Below are positions 1 to 12,355 of a stretch of 64,000 nt of DNA, piece after piece. The notes under the pieces are model-generated. The model was not told the origin of the DNA, ran no database searches, and saw nothing but the letters and a program-made list of their open reading frames with translations. Origin of the DNA: Squalus acanthias. Taxonomy: Eukaryota. The DNA lies in contig CM059425.1 of the NCBI GenBank assembly GCA_030390025.1, forward strand, positions 176,702,001 to 176,766,000, read 5' to 3'. Numbering within the stretch: the stretch's first letter is position 1; each line of letters starts with the position of its first letter. A program made the translations under genes and the position numbers.

Positions 1-90
1 GGACTAATTGAATAGCTCTTTCAGAGAGCCAGCACAGACACGATGGACCAAATGGCCTCCTTCTGTGCTGTATGATTCTATGATTCTATG
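1..90 (+). mobile_element. CR1 LINE 3' UTR and (ATTCTATG)n tail
   Basis: Same 3' end as the CR1 copy ending at 37870: tggcctccttctgtgct followed by tatgattctatgattctatg. Confidence 0.8.
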
Positions 91-1664
91 AACACTGTAT
101 CAACTCTTTTGATGATTCTCCTCAGGTTAAACATTGCTGCCCTCCTGGCAAAACCTCGTTCACAGTGATTGACATTTCAGTGAGGTTTTGAAGTTTTCTG
201 CGTGGCTCCAAAATTGAGGTTAGCACAAAGTGGTGACAGAACTTTATCCCACATCTAACTGATCTTATACCTGACCTTGGAGGGCTTGAAGGTTGATATT
301 CAGTACAAAAAGCAGAAATTGGATTCTCCAATAATGAAGTTTTTCATTAAGATGTATAATATTTTCCTGTGCCAATCCCAAAACCAAAAAAAATGACATT
401 GATGAGGACTGTATGACAAAACCACTTTCTAAAGAAGACTACCACCAATATAAAATCTATCCAGCCATACATAAATGACTCTGGAAATTAATTAGCTGAA
501 AACAGCTAGCTGCTTGGTGCATGAAAAGTAAAGTGTCTAAAACATGCAAAAACTTTTAATCTGGTCATAGTCACAAAATACTTGGGCATGATGAGGTGCC
601 CAGGAACCTACTGAAGATGAAAACAATGCAGGCAACAACAGTAACTAAAACAAATTGACAGTAGGGCTCTGTGCCTTTAAACAGTGGCAACACATTGCAC
701 ATGGCATTTGGCTGGAGCCATACTACTCCATACAGAAAAGAACCAGAACACTAGACAGCATGGAATATGGAAAAGCCATTTGACCGAGCAAGTCCCTTCT
801 CTCCAAAAACCACATACAATTCACCCGAGTGTGGACACCAGCCCACCTATGGATTTCTGCATAAAATACTCAAGGGTATTCAAGCAAAGCCATCCTCAAG
901 TCTTCATTATTCAACCCTTTCTTGCTGCCCTCCATAAACAACATCACCCTCTGCTTCCCCCCCGCCCCCCGCCACACCTTTTCCACCCCCAGCAGTGCAA
1001 GACACATTCAGGGTATATTGCTCCCACCAGCGCAATTCAGGTGGGTAAGGACCAGGAAATGTGGCACTAAGCAATCCTACCTGGTCCTCAATAGAATCCT
1101 GCCTCGTTCAATTTTCCACTTGGACTTAATACTCACATAGATTGCTGTCATTTAATATATAAGTAAGAGCTACATGTATATTAATTGGAGCACACACAAT
1201 TTTCTACCATTTACAATGGGATTCACCTGTTCCCTCAGTTTGCCCATCCACAAAGAGACACTCCATATGTAAAGAAACTCTTGAAAAGGCATTTATAGTG
1301 ATTTTTTTCCTCTTTTTTTCAATGGCATTTTAATGCTGGTTTTTAAAGGTTTTCTGTCTTATTTTTCTGTTTTTTGTTCCTTCCTCAGTATTTTTTTGAC
1401 AGCAGAACATGATCAGAATATTCCTGTGGAATCAAAAACATTCAAAAAGTTTATGCAGAATCCCTGGGAACCTACTGTAACTGAAGCATTCACACAAGAG
1501 CAGACATGAAAAGAGGCATTTACAATACAAACATAAGCTGAAGGACTGACAGGACATCTAACGCATGCTACAGAGTCTTGTGCATTTTGGTAGGGCAATT
1601 TAAAATGAATGATGGGGGGAAAGAGCCCCAAATGCATGATTGCACTGTTGGAATAGTGCAAGAC

Positions 1665-2447
1665 AAAAGAAAGGCAGAGTATTTCCTAAATGGTGAAAGA
1701 TTGGGGAATGCAGATGCTCAAAGGGACCTGGGTGTCCTTGTACATGAGTCACTGAAAGTGAATGTGCAGGTGCAGCAAGCCACTAGGAAGGCAAATGGTA
1801 TGCTGGCCTTCATTACAAGAGGATTTGAGTACAGGAGTAAAGAAGTCATACTCCAATTATATCGGGCCTTGGTGAGACCACACCTGGAGTACTGTGTACA
1901 ATTTTGGTCTCCTTACCTAAGGAAGGATATACTTGCCATAGAGGGAGTGCAACGAAGGTTCACGAGATTGATCCCTGGGATGACGGGACTGTCGTATGAG
2001 AAGAGTTTGAGTAAACTAGGCCTGTATTCTCTTGAATTCAGAAGAATGAGAGGGGATCTCATTGAAGCTTACAAAATTATTACAGGGCTTGATAGGGTGG
2101 ATGCTGGGAGAATGTTTCCATTGGCTGGGGAGTCTAGAACCAGGGGCCACAGTCTCAGGATAAAGGGCAGGCCATTCAGGACTGAGATGAGAAGAAATTT
2201 CTTCACACAGAGGGTGGTGAATCTTTGGAATTCTCTACCCCAGAGGGCTGTGGAGGCTCAGTCATTGGGTATATTTAAAACAGAAATCGATAGATTTCTG
2301 ACTAGTAAGGGCATCAAGGGATATGGCGATAGGGCCGGTGAATGGAGTTGAGGCAGAAGATCAGCCATGATCTCATTAAATGGCGGAGCAGGCTCGAAGG
2401 GCCGAATGGCCTATTCCTGCTCCTATTTCTTATGTTCTTATGTTCTT
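1665..2447 (+). mobile_element. 5'-truncated CR1 LINE (ORF2 C-terminus, 3' UTR, tandem tail)
   Basis: ORF 1578-2351 carries RDLGV, LVRPHLEYCVQFWSP, RRMRGDLIE and FFTQRVVNLWNSLP; tail (TTCTTATG)n. Nearly identical to the minus-strand copy at 52166-53903. Confidence 0.95.
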
Positions 2448-4252
2448 ATTATCCTACCCACCATTATGCCACCAGCCATAACTGTAGGCCTGGCAAGCTG
2501 ACCTGGCAATGACCAAGAACAATTGGCTCTGCAAGCTCTGAGTCAGCACCTAGCTAGTTGCAAAGCTGTCCCCTCCATGACAAGATCACCGGTATCCAAC
2601 CTCCAACATAAGGATGGCACTTCCAGTGACATCAAGGTTACCGCCACCCCAATTCTTCTGCCGCTGCCTCAATCTAGGCTAAGATAGTAATTGTCTGCAG
2701 TATCAGCCAATGTGCTGCCCACACATGTTTAAAACAGGTGACTCCTGCATAGGTCAGCATGGCCAGCACTTTTCATCTCCTTTCCTACTGAATAGCAAAC
2801 AGAAGCATGACACGACTGCCCAATGTCACCGCACTGCAGTATGTCCCAAAGAAGAGAGGCTATCTGAGCAGCAGATTCCTGGTCCTTCTCACCAATACAG
2901 CATGGTGTTGAATTTCTGTGGGAATTCTCCTGATACCTCTGGTGGGTTGAGCTTCATAAAACAGTACCTTCGTGTGGAATACATCATCATACAGGCTGAA
3001 GAATATAGGAAACAAATGTGTGTGGCAATTTTAAATTTAAAAATACCTATTAATAAATACTCTATCAATTTAGGATAGTTAAGTTTCCAACTAATTTTAC
3101 CAAAGGAAGATTATTACAGCAATCCATAGCTGTGTGTTATCTCCTAGTTAATTTGTTCTACACGATGTGACATTTTAAGTAGTATTAAAATTCACTCAAA
3201 TATTAACCATTTACCTCGTTTTTATTTAAGATTCGGAATTCAATAGAAAAATGACATTAAAACCTTATCCAAAATTACTAGCGCAATGTCACAGAAACAT
3301 GGCACATCATGCGTACTTTTAGTCTGCCCAATCACCTCTACAATTGCAGACGTGTACAATGCAAAACAAATACTGTATGAATGTTATGTTTTGATTTTGA
3401 AAATAAAATTGGGATCATTTCAGTTTCTCTTCAATATTTTCATTCTAGCACAAGTTCTTCCACCATCCATAAAGTGGTATTTATCATGGGCAGGTGGGTT
3501 GTGAGGGACTACTGTTGAATGAAATAGTGACAGACTCTGCTCAGTTATTATCCATATCCTGAAGTAAGCTTATTATTGTTAAATGTGGTTATTTTTGGTA
3601 CAGCTCTTAATATATATATACGTTTGAAATGGTGAGGAGGCTCAGCTGTGAAGTAAAGGCCAGATAGAAGCACAATTTATTTTTATGTCAATTCACAGTA
3701 AAAATGATCTTAAAATTGCCCCACCAAGGACACAATGGATGCCTTGTCAACAAGGAATTGATAAAATTTGGTACAAGCAGCAATTCAACCATCTTGCTCC
3801 AAATTAACATATTCTTAGGGATCATTAAAATTATTTTTTAACGATTTTGCACTTGGTGCCCACACTATAGCCAGAATATATAAGGAACAAAAGGGGAGAA
3901 ATTCGGTATCACCCCGTTTGGGGCGCAATTATCAGCCGGGCGCAAAGTTTAGCGCCTGTCGCTAATTATCGCCTCCGACTGCAAACTTGGCCTTTATCGC
4001 CCCTGGAGGTGATTTGAGCGTTAAATCAGGCGCTACACACCTGTCTTAAGGCACAAAGGCCGAGGAGCGAGGCGCTACCTCAGAGCGCTGGCGAAGATCA
4101 GGTATTGTCAGTTAGCAATGGAACACAGACAGACTGGCGCCAGCCAGTTCTTAAAGGGGAGGGTCGATCTTGCTGTCCAGCCACACCCTGCTCATTGCAG
4201 CCTTGAATCTCGGCCTGGACAGACTTGTACATCAATTCTGTTGGAACCAACA

Positions 4253-6018
4253 ATGGAGAGGCCCAGGAAAAGAGCTCAGCGCTTCAGTGACCGGGCCTTG
4301 GTGGCTCTGGTTGGCGCTGTGGAGCAGCGAAGGGCAGTGCTCTACCCACAGAGTGGCAGGAGGCCATTGCCCCGTGAATACAGAAGACTCTGGAGGGAGG
4401 TGGCTCAGCACGTCTCCTCCAGGAGCCTGGTGCCGAGGACCCACACCCAATGTCGGAAGTAGTTCAACGACCTCACTCGGGTGGTCAGGGTGAGTGGCTG
4501 CTTTCCAATACCTCTACATCCCTCCATCTCAACTTCACTCTGTGCCCAGAGGGTTTAAAAACCCCAAATGCCCAACACTTATCCAAGACCAATGGCCATC
4601 TCATAAAACGCACACGCACATTCCACACCTTGCATACATTAAGGGCTATTCAACTATGGGAGGCACATCAGGCAAGCACATGGCTGCACATTCACTCAGA
4701 CGCCGTCCTTTTTCTTGCAGGCCAAGCTATCTCACAACAGGCGCCAGCAGCAACGCACGGGAGGAGGACCGGCTGACCTACACACCCTCAGCGATTTGGA
4801 GGCGCGCGTGCAGAGGATCGTTGCCAGCCAGGTGATAGGTGCCGTGGCCGCTGGAGAGGTCGACCCCCTTGGGGACAGCAATGGTATGTTCATCAGCTTT
4901 CTCTCCTCTCTCATCCACTTACCCCTCACAACACCAGCTTTTTACACTTTCAATCCAACTTACTAAATGTCTCCAGTCCTTGATCCCTCACTGCCTCCCT
5001 GTCCTGATGCTAAAAGCACTCTTGTACCTCCCTGCTTTCAGATAGTGAACCACCAGCTGACCAGCCTGTCCCTCAACCAACCAGTGGCATCGACGCCCCA
5101 GGTGAGGAGGAAGAGGAAGCCGGAGCCTCAGCGCCTGCGTTTCCCGAGGGAGCCCATGCCCACACTGGGACCACGCCTTCCCTGGAGGGGAGCAGAGGGG
5201 AAGGGTATGATGAGGACAAAGCTCCGGGACCCAGCGGGCTGCAGCAATGCCATGGGGGTAGGGAAGCTCGGGGGCCATCTCCCCAGATGGCAAGTAGGCC
5301 AGCGAGTCCTGCTGCACTGGACTCAGAGGAGGAGCGCATCATCGTGGAAATGAATAGCCAGGCCTTGAGCATGCACACTCAGCTCATGTGTGCAATGGCA
5401 AGGGTGCCTGAGAGCATTGATGGACTGGCTAGGAGTGTGGAGCACTCCGCTGCAGCACAGGCCAATGCAACGCAACAGCTTAGTGCTGCAATTCAGTCAC
5501 TGGCTGCTGCCATCCAGTCTCAGACTGCTCTCATGCAGTCTCAGATTGGTGTCACGCAAGCACTGACTGCTGCCATCCTCGCTGGTTCGGCCACATTGCC
5601 CCGGGGCTCTCACGGCGCCGCAGCAGGCCAGCAATCTGTGCTCGAACAGGTTGCTCTGGATGCTGAGGTGCTGCCCCGTGGGAGTGCCAGTGTGTCGGTC
5701 GAGCAGGAAGGTGCTGTCCTCTCTCAGGATGACAGCATTCCTGCTCCCAGCACTGACACTTCCCCATTGCACTTGCCACCGCCTGTAGCCCAGACTGCTG
5801 CCGCCCATGCAGAGTTGGTGCAGTCTGCAGCTGGGGCCTCCAGGCCCAGAGCGGGTCGAGGGCATCCTTCAAGGGCATCTGTAGTCTCAGCATCTGACAT
5901 TCAGCAGCCTTCCATCAGCCTTGCTGCAGCCACTGGGGCCACATTACGGAGGAGCAGTAGGGTGGGAAGGGGGAAAGTGCGCAGGGGATGGAGATCACCA
6001 TCGAAGGGCAAACAGTAG
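4253..6018 (+). pseudogene. Harbinger Myb/SANT-like DNA-binding gene, exons 4253-4489, 4721-4883 and 5042-6018, one premature stop
   Basis: MERPRKRAQRFSDRALVALV...WREVA...QCRK*FNDL; GT/AG sites (agg|gtgagt, ttgcag|gcc, atg|gtatgt, tttcag|at) join in frame to 1377 nt; only lesion seen is TAG at 4460-4462. Confidence 0.88.
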
Positions 6019-6241
6019 GAGGTCTAAATAAATGGTGGGAATGTTTGTAGTAAAAGTCGAGGTTCGTGTGATTACATTTGTTTACTGTTTTGCCGTTTAT
6101 CTCCATCTTGTGAGAACCAGTTCTGTTAATTCATGATTTGTTGTGTTTGTTTCAAATTGTTTGTCCTGAATAAATGACACACACAGAGTTTGTTAAAGAA
6201 AAAAGTTGTTGTATTCAAAATTTACATTTTTGGCCTTTGGA

Positions 6242-6527
6242 ATCATAGAAACATAGAAACATAGAATCTAGGAGCAGGAGTAGGCCATTCGGCCCGTCGA
6301 GCCTGCTCCGCCATTCAATACGATCATGGCTGATCATCCAAATCCAGTACCCTGTCCCTGCTTTAATCCCCACAGTACACATATCCCACCCTACCCCCGT
6401 AACCCCACGTATTTAATTCCCCCTAACATATCCCATCCTATCCACATAACCCCACATATTTAATCCCCCCTAACACTAAGGGTCAATTTATCATGGCCAA
6501 ATCAACCTAACCCACACATTTTTGGCC
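6242..6527 (-). mobile_element. SINE/CR1-tail fragment between the two Harbinger A genes
   Basis: Reverse CR1-type tail (CATAGAAA)n and 3' UTR, followed by an imperfect ~45-bp duplication and a SINE-body-like segment. Confidence 0.65.
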
Positions 6528-6608
6528 AGCTTTGGCCGGCAATAGGGGTTGCGGGTTGCTTTCCATGATGTTGTTCTCCATGCCAGAAGCCATCTTCTGA
6601 GTAGGGGC

Positions 6609-7750
6609 CTAGAAGCGGCTTGTTATCAGCCGTTGACGGACGGCCCTTGCAATGGCAACATTGTGGGCCTCCCTCCCACGTTGGTGCTGCTGCTGATCAT
6701 CCTCCTCCTCCTCCTCCTCAGGTGGTGCACCAATCCCTGGTGGCATTGGCTGGGTCCTCAGGATTGCCAGGTTGTGAAGCATGCAGCATACAACTATGAA
6801 GAGGGAGACTCGCTCAGGAGAGTACTGCAGGGCTCCTCCTGAGTGGTCCAGACAGCAGAACCGTTGCTTGAGCACGCCGATCGTCTGCTCATTTATGTTC
6901 CTGGTGGTGATATGGCTCTCATTACACCACAGCTCGGCAGGGGTGTTGGGGTTATGGAGCGGTGTCATCAGCCAGGTGCAGAGTGGATAACCCTTGTCCC
7001 AGAGGAGCCAACCACTTGGGTGATGCGGTGCCTGGAAAAGCTTGGCACACCAGTCTGGCGCAGGATGAAAGCATCGTGGCTGCTGCCAGGATAGCGGGCA
7101 TTGACGACAAATATGAGATGTCTGTGGTCACAGACCAACTGGACATTTAAGGAGTGGTAGCCCTTGCGGTTTCGGAAAACCTCTGCATTTTCATGCGGTG
7201 CCCGCAATGCCACATGCGTGCAGTCAATGGCGCCCTGTACCATGGGGAAGCCCGCTATCCTAGCAAAGCCACATGCGCGTTCATGCTGTTTGGCCCGGGT
7301 CATGGGGAAAGAGATGTGCTGGCGTCTCCTTTTATACAGGGCATTTGTCGCCTCCCGGATACAACAATGGACAGCGAACTGGGAGATATTGGCGATGTCC
7401 CCAGTAGATGCTTGAAAGGAGCCGCTGGCATAAAAATTCAGAGACACTGTCACCTTCACTGACACCGACAGAGACGTCCTGGTCCTCAGTTGAGGCTGCA
7501 GATCTGGTTGCAGCAGGTGGCAGAGCTCAGTGACCACCTCCTTGCTGAAGCGCAGCCTGCGCAAACACTGCTCCTCAGACAAATGAATGTAGGAGAATTG
7601 CTCCCGGAATACCCTGGGAGGGTAAGGTCTCCTGTGCAGAGGCCTGTTGGTCCTCCTCCCTCTGGCCATGTTTGCCACTCTGTCTCTGCATCTCTGATGC
7701 CTCTGATTCTGCAGGTGCAGGACAACGCCCCGAATCAGTGCAGCCCCCAG
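6609..7750 (-). pseudogene. Harbinger (HARBI1-like) DDE transposase, frameshifted
   Basis: ORFs 6968-7678 and 6609-6968: [33 protein letters not shown], frameshift near 7035, then [21 protein letters not shown] and CCMLHN. Start position approximate. Confidence 0.93.
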
Positions 7751-8238
7751 CTAAATCGATGCAAGGAAGGTCAAATCAAAATGAACCTGCAAAGTGCTGT
7801 TCAGTATCCAAAACTCCTTCACACAGTGTTGAATCTCTCCAGAAGTCTCTCTCTCTCTCTCAGAATGCGTGATGCAAAAATGTCGGCGACAAAAAAAGGC
7901 AGGAAGAATCCGCCTTTAAATAGCGCTCCCCCAGCCCGTTCCTGACTGCGAAACGTTCCCCTCTACCTGTCGTTGCTAGTGGCAGGCGGCACCACTGAAT
8001 ATCCGGTCCGGAGCGCTACCAGGGCATTGTACGCTCGACTGATGTCACGGTCTGCAGGCACAGGAGATCGTGGTGGTAGTGTTTAGCGCCGCTGCAAAAT
8101 GTCTGGTCAATTTCGCAAGCGGCGCAAACATCGCCGCGCTCGGGCGCTAGTTGCTTTACGCCCCGTTAGCGCCCTCTTAGGGCACTAACGGGAGGCGCTA
8201 ATCAACCGAATTTTTCCCCCAAAGGACTTTGTACAATA

Positions 8239-8424
8239 GCAAAATACTGCGGATGCTGGAAATCTGATATAACAACAGAAAATGCTGGAAACACATCCGT
8301 GGAGAGAGAAACAGAGTTAACATTTCAGGTCTGACGAAGGGTCACAGACCTGAAACATTAACTCTATTTCTCTCCATGCATGCTGCCTGGCCTGCAGAGT
8401 GTTTCCAGCATTTTCTGTTGTTAT
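8239..8424. mobile_element. Palindromic short element, Penelope-like terminal repeat with hammerhead-like core
   Basis: Inverted arms aacaacagaaaatgctggaaacac and gtgtttccagcattttctgttgtt around ctgacga-agggtcacagacct-gaaac; relatives at 11471-11633, 18590-18675 and 63088-63146. Confidence 0.55.
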
Positions 8425-9090
8425 TAAATGCTGGAGTTTCCTGGGAATGCTGACGTTTCCTCTAAATGTTGTTGTGCTGTTTACTGTTGATCTGGGTATT
8501 GTTCAGCTATCAGAAAAAACATTCCTGGTATGCAGACATTTAGCCCCAGATGTTTCCGTAGAATGGTCTGTTCATTGTCTTGGGATGAACTACACATTAT
8601 TTTAAAAACAGAAACCAGTTATGAAGTGGATTACAAAATCAAAATTACCTGGGTTTTGAGAGCACGTTTAATAATAAAATACTGATATTTTTGAATATTC
8701 AAAAAAATACTCTGACTATAAGTGTGATCTCTACATTAGAGAAGAAAAAACAACTGGAGATTTAGCTCACTGACTCCCCTGTGGAATACAGTCTAGGCCC
8801 CAGTGATGGCTGACATGTATAACCTTGATCAGTACTCAATGATGGGGAATTCTGGGCCTGCAGCTTTGATCAGACAGTAAAGATTTGTTTTAATTCTCTT
8901 TATCATACAGCACAGGCAGAATAGAAAAAAAGGTACCAATCAATGCATAAAATGTTATTGTTAATTTCTCAAGTCATTGATTAAGCCTTCCTGCATTGAT
9001 TGCATCAAATTCAGAAGTGACAGGCTGTTGTCATTGATGATGGGTCGTGTTAAATTTCCTCACTTCCTCACCTTGTGACACAACTTCTAT

Positions 9091-10147
9091 ACAATGGGTC
9101 TTTTTCGGGGTGGCAGGCGGAGACTAGTGGGGTACCGCAGGGATCAGTGCTTGGGCCCCAGCTATTCACAAAAAATATCAATGATTTGGATGAGGGAACC
9201 AAATATAATATTTCCAAGTTTGCTGACGACACGAAACTAGGTGGGATTGTGAGGAGGATGCAAAGAGGCTTCAAGGCAATTTAGACAAGTTGAGTGAGTG
9301 GGCAAATACATGGCAGATGCAGTATAACATGGATAAATGTGAAGTTATCCACTTCGGTAGGAAAAACAGAAAGCCAGAGTATTATTTAAATAGTGATAGA
9401 TTGGGAAATGTTGATGTACAGAGGGACCTGGGTGTCCTTGTACACCAGTCACTGAAAGCAAACATGCAGGTGCAGCAAGCAGTTAGGAAGGCAAATGGCA
9501 TGTTGGCCTTCACTGCAAGAGGATTTGAGTACAGGAGCAAGGATGTCTTACTGCAGTTATACAGGGCCTTGGCGAGACCACACCTGGAGTAGTGTGTGCA
9601 GTTTTGGTCTCCTTACCTAAGAAAGGATATACTTGCCATAGAGGGAGTGCAGTGAAGGTTCACCAGACTGATTCCTGGGATGGCAGGACTGTCGTACGAG
9701 GAGAGATTGGGTCGACTAGGCCTGTATTCACTAGAGTTTCGAAAAATGAGAGGGGATCTCATTGAAACGTATAAAATTCTGACAGGGCTAGACAGACTGG
9801 ATGCAGGGAGGATATTTCCCCTGGCTGGGGGCTCTAGAATGAGGGGTCACAGTCTCAGGATACGGGATAGGACATTTAGGACTGAGATAAGGAGAAATTT
9901 CTTCACTCAGAGGGTGGTGAACCTATGGAATTCTCTACCACAGAAGGCTGTGGAGGCCAAGTCACTGAATATATTTAAGAAGGAGATAGATAGATTTCTA
10001 GATGCAAAAGATGTCAAGGGGTATGGGGAGATTGCGGGAATATGGTATTGAGATAGAGGATCAGCCATGATCATATTGAATGGTGGAGCAGGCTCAAAGG
10101 GCCAAATGGCCTACTCCTGCTCCTATTTTTCTATGTTTCTATGTTTC
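9091..10147 (+). mobile_element. 5'-truncated CR1 LINE
   Basis: SGVPQGSVLGP, KFADDTKLGG and RPHLE motifs with stops/frameshift; tail (TTTCTATG)n. Confidence 0.95.
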
Positions 10148-10330
10148 ATTCACTGACCTTGACCATTCGTCTGAAGTCATGAAGATTCTTTGGGCAGTGG
10201 AGCCAGTTCATGGGGGCAACACTGCAGGCAGTGACAGCTCCAGTGATCTGGTCCCACATCCATCTTTCTGGAGTGTTGACCCCCTGCACAAAGCTGGAGT
10301 ACTGCATGCGAGACCGTGGGTGCCCCTTCC
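10148..10330 (-). pseudogene. Remnant of a Harbinger Myb-like exon 1
   Basis: The reverse complement ends atggtcaaggtcagtgaa, the same exon-1 donor as at 21781-21798. Confidence 0.5.
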
Positions 10331-10768
10331 CTGGCTTGCTGAGCCATTTTTGTTAGTGCTGAAGCACTTTTTCCCATTTTTTTATGTGCGTAGGCAATTC
10401 AGTTTTCAGAGCTGAAGACTCCCATTTGGGAATTCTTTTTAACGTTCATTTTTTTTCAGAAGGCAGTTGAACTGCAAGGGCTAAAAACTGCCTATTTTTA
10501 CATGATTTTTATTTTTTTCATTTCAGAAGGCAGTTCCCCTTTAAGAGACTGCACTGCTTTCTGAAATGACAGCCTTGCTTTCAGAGCAGGCTGTTCTGAC
10601 TGCAATGACGCTATGATCACGGTACATTGGGGCCTCCTGTCAGGACAAACACCACCAGGACGGCATTGCATGGTTAGTTTAGCGCTGGACCAATGCCACA
10701 GGAGATCTCTTTGTGTATAGATATTTGAATCTAACACAAATATTCAAAATAAGCACGTGACTGATAAT

Positions 10769-11716
10769 GGCCTGGATTTTGCGATCAGCAACGAAGTGAC
10801 GGCGCTCGCCATTGACCTCAAAGAAAGCTGCCCACAAAGATCTAGTGATCTCTGTCACGTGGATTTCACTTTTCCCAGTGTTAATTTAATTATGGCGCCA
10901 ACTATAGGTGATCTCCGACGTCCAGCAACAGTGATATTATCAAGTAGGCTAAGCAGCCAATCACATTGAAGAATTCTCATAGACCGCAAACCAGGAAGTA
11001 AAAAACACTGATTATCTTTCACTTTTTAATCATTTTACAGAGAGCGAAATAAAAATTGGGATATAAACATGGGATTAAGGTGGAAGCTGAAATATCATAA
11101 ACAAACGTTAAAACAACTAAAATAACTTATTATTTTAAAAATCTATGGAATTTATATCATAACGGAGAAATTTGATATTCCACAAATATAAAATTAGTTT
11201 TTCAGGACCAGTGAGGTTGTTCAGCAGTAATTATGGCTTAGTATGCCATTAATACCTCTGTTATACCTCATTCAACAAGGCTTAACTTTTTGGGGGGTTT
11301 TTACAGTGAGATTAGAGCATAAAAAGTGGAAGTTTACATCAATTCAAGCGATTTCTAAGATTTCCACCTGCGAGGACTTCAACAGTGCACCCTGTGGCGG
11401 AGTGGGAAATCACTGACAGCAACTTCTGGATTTCCACGTTTAACTGCGCTTGTGCGGATGCCAGAAGTTGATATAAAAACAGAAAATGCTGGAGACACTC
11501 AGCAGGTCAGGCAGCATCTGTGAAGAGAGAAGCTCTGTTTCTCTCTTCACAGATGCTGCCTGACCTGCTGAGTGTCTCCAGCATTTTCTGTTTTTATTTC
11601 AGATTTCCAGCATCTGCAGTATTTTCTTTTTGCGCCAGAAGTTGCTGTTAGTTTCACAGAGTAATGATGGCGAACGCTGACAGTTTCGCCGTCATTACAA
11701 TCACAAATTCCTGGCC
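10769..11716. mobile_element. Harbinger-type MITE with nested palindromic insertion
   Basis: TIRs GGCCTGGATTTTGCGAT and ATCACAAATTCCTGGCC; TSD AAT; AT-rich middle. Confidence 0.8.
11471..11633. mobile_element. Near-perfect hairpin element (Penelope-like family) with 11-bp TSD
   Basis: ~55-bp perfect inverted arms; flanked by GCCAGAAGTTG at 11460-11470 and 11634-11644. Confidence 0.75.
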
Positions 11717-12355
11717 AATAGATTTTATTTAGAACAATAAGTTTTAATAGTCGTATCCAGTTAGAATATTTCGTACAAATAAAAACAGAAGTACATCTTG
11801 ATTACCTGTGCATCTTTGTGAAGATTTGAATATCGTAAAGACAAGGACAAATGTTAATTATTGCTTTTAATTATAGAACTAACACAACTTGAGAAATACT
11901 GAAGAGAACAGGTTCATTCCATCAGCAAGTTTGCTTCTAGACCATCCAGTTTTTATTAGAGTGCAGATTCCATTAAATTACCCAATTTAGGTGTTAATGA
12001 GGGTTAGAGTCAATAGTCCTGCAGATAACTATTCTTCCAGAAAATTTCTTTTGAAAGCATTGAACAGATTCAAACTGAAGTGGTTTTGTACATTTTGTCT
12101 TCTGGTGCCTGGGGATTCATCACATTTACATTGTGAAGCTGATCTCAGAGTACTAGCAGCAATATAAGAGCAACTACACACACAGTTGTTTAAAAATCAC
12201 AATTATGAATTTTAGTATTTTTTCTGGCCAAGAAATATATAACCTGCATTATTGCCCTTTGCAGGTTGATGAGCATTCTGTATATATGAGCCCAGAACAA
12301 ATGCAGTTGTGCCTTCAAATGTTGGAGGGAAAACCACCTTTTTATATGGCACCTT

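Larger units (their letters stand above)
3892..8220. mobile_element. PIF/Harbinger DNA transposon A (4.3 kb, two convergent genes)
   Basis: TIRs AGGGGAGAAATTCGGT and ACCGAATTTTTCCCCC; 3-bp TSD AAA (3889-3891, 8221-8223); Myb-like gene on +, transposase on -. Confidence 0.95.

Noticed and set aside
90..1140. Short ORFs in apparently unique sequence
   Set aside because: No recognisable motif and no convincing splice-site pair.
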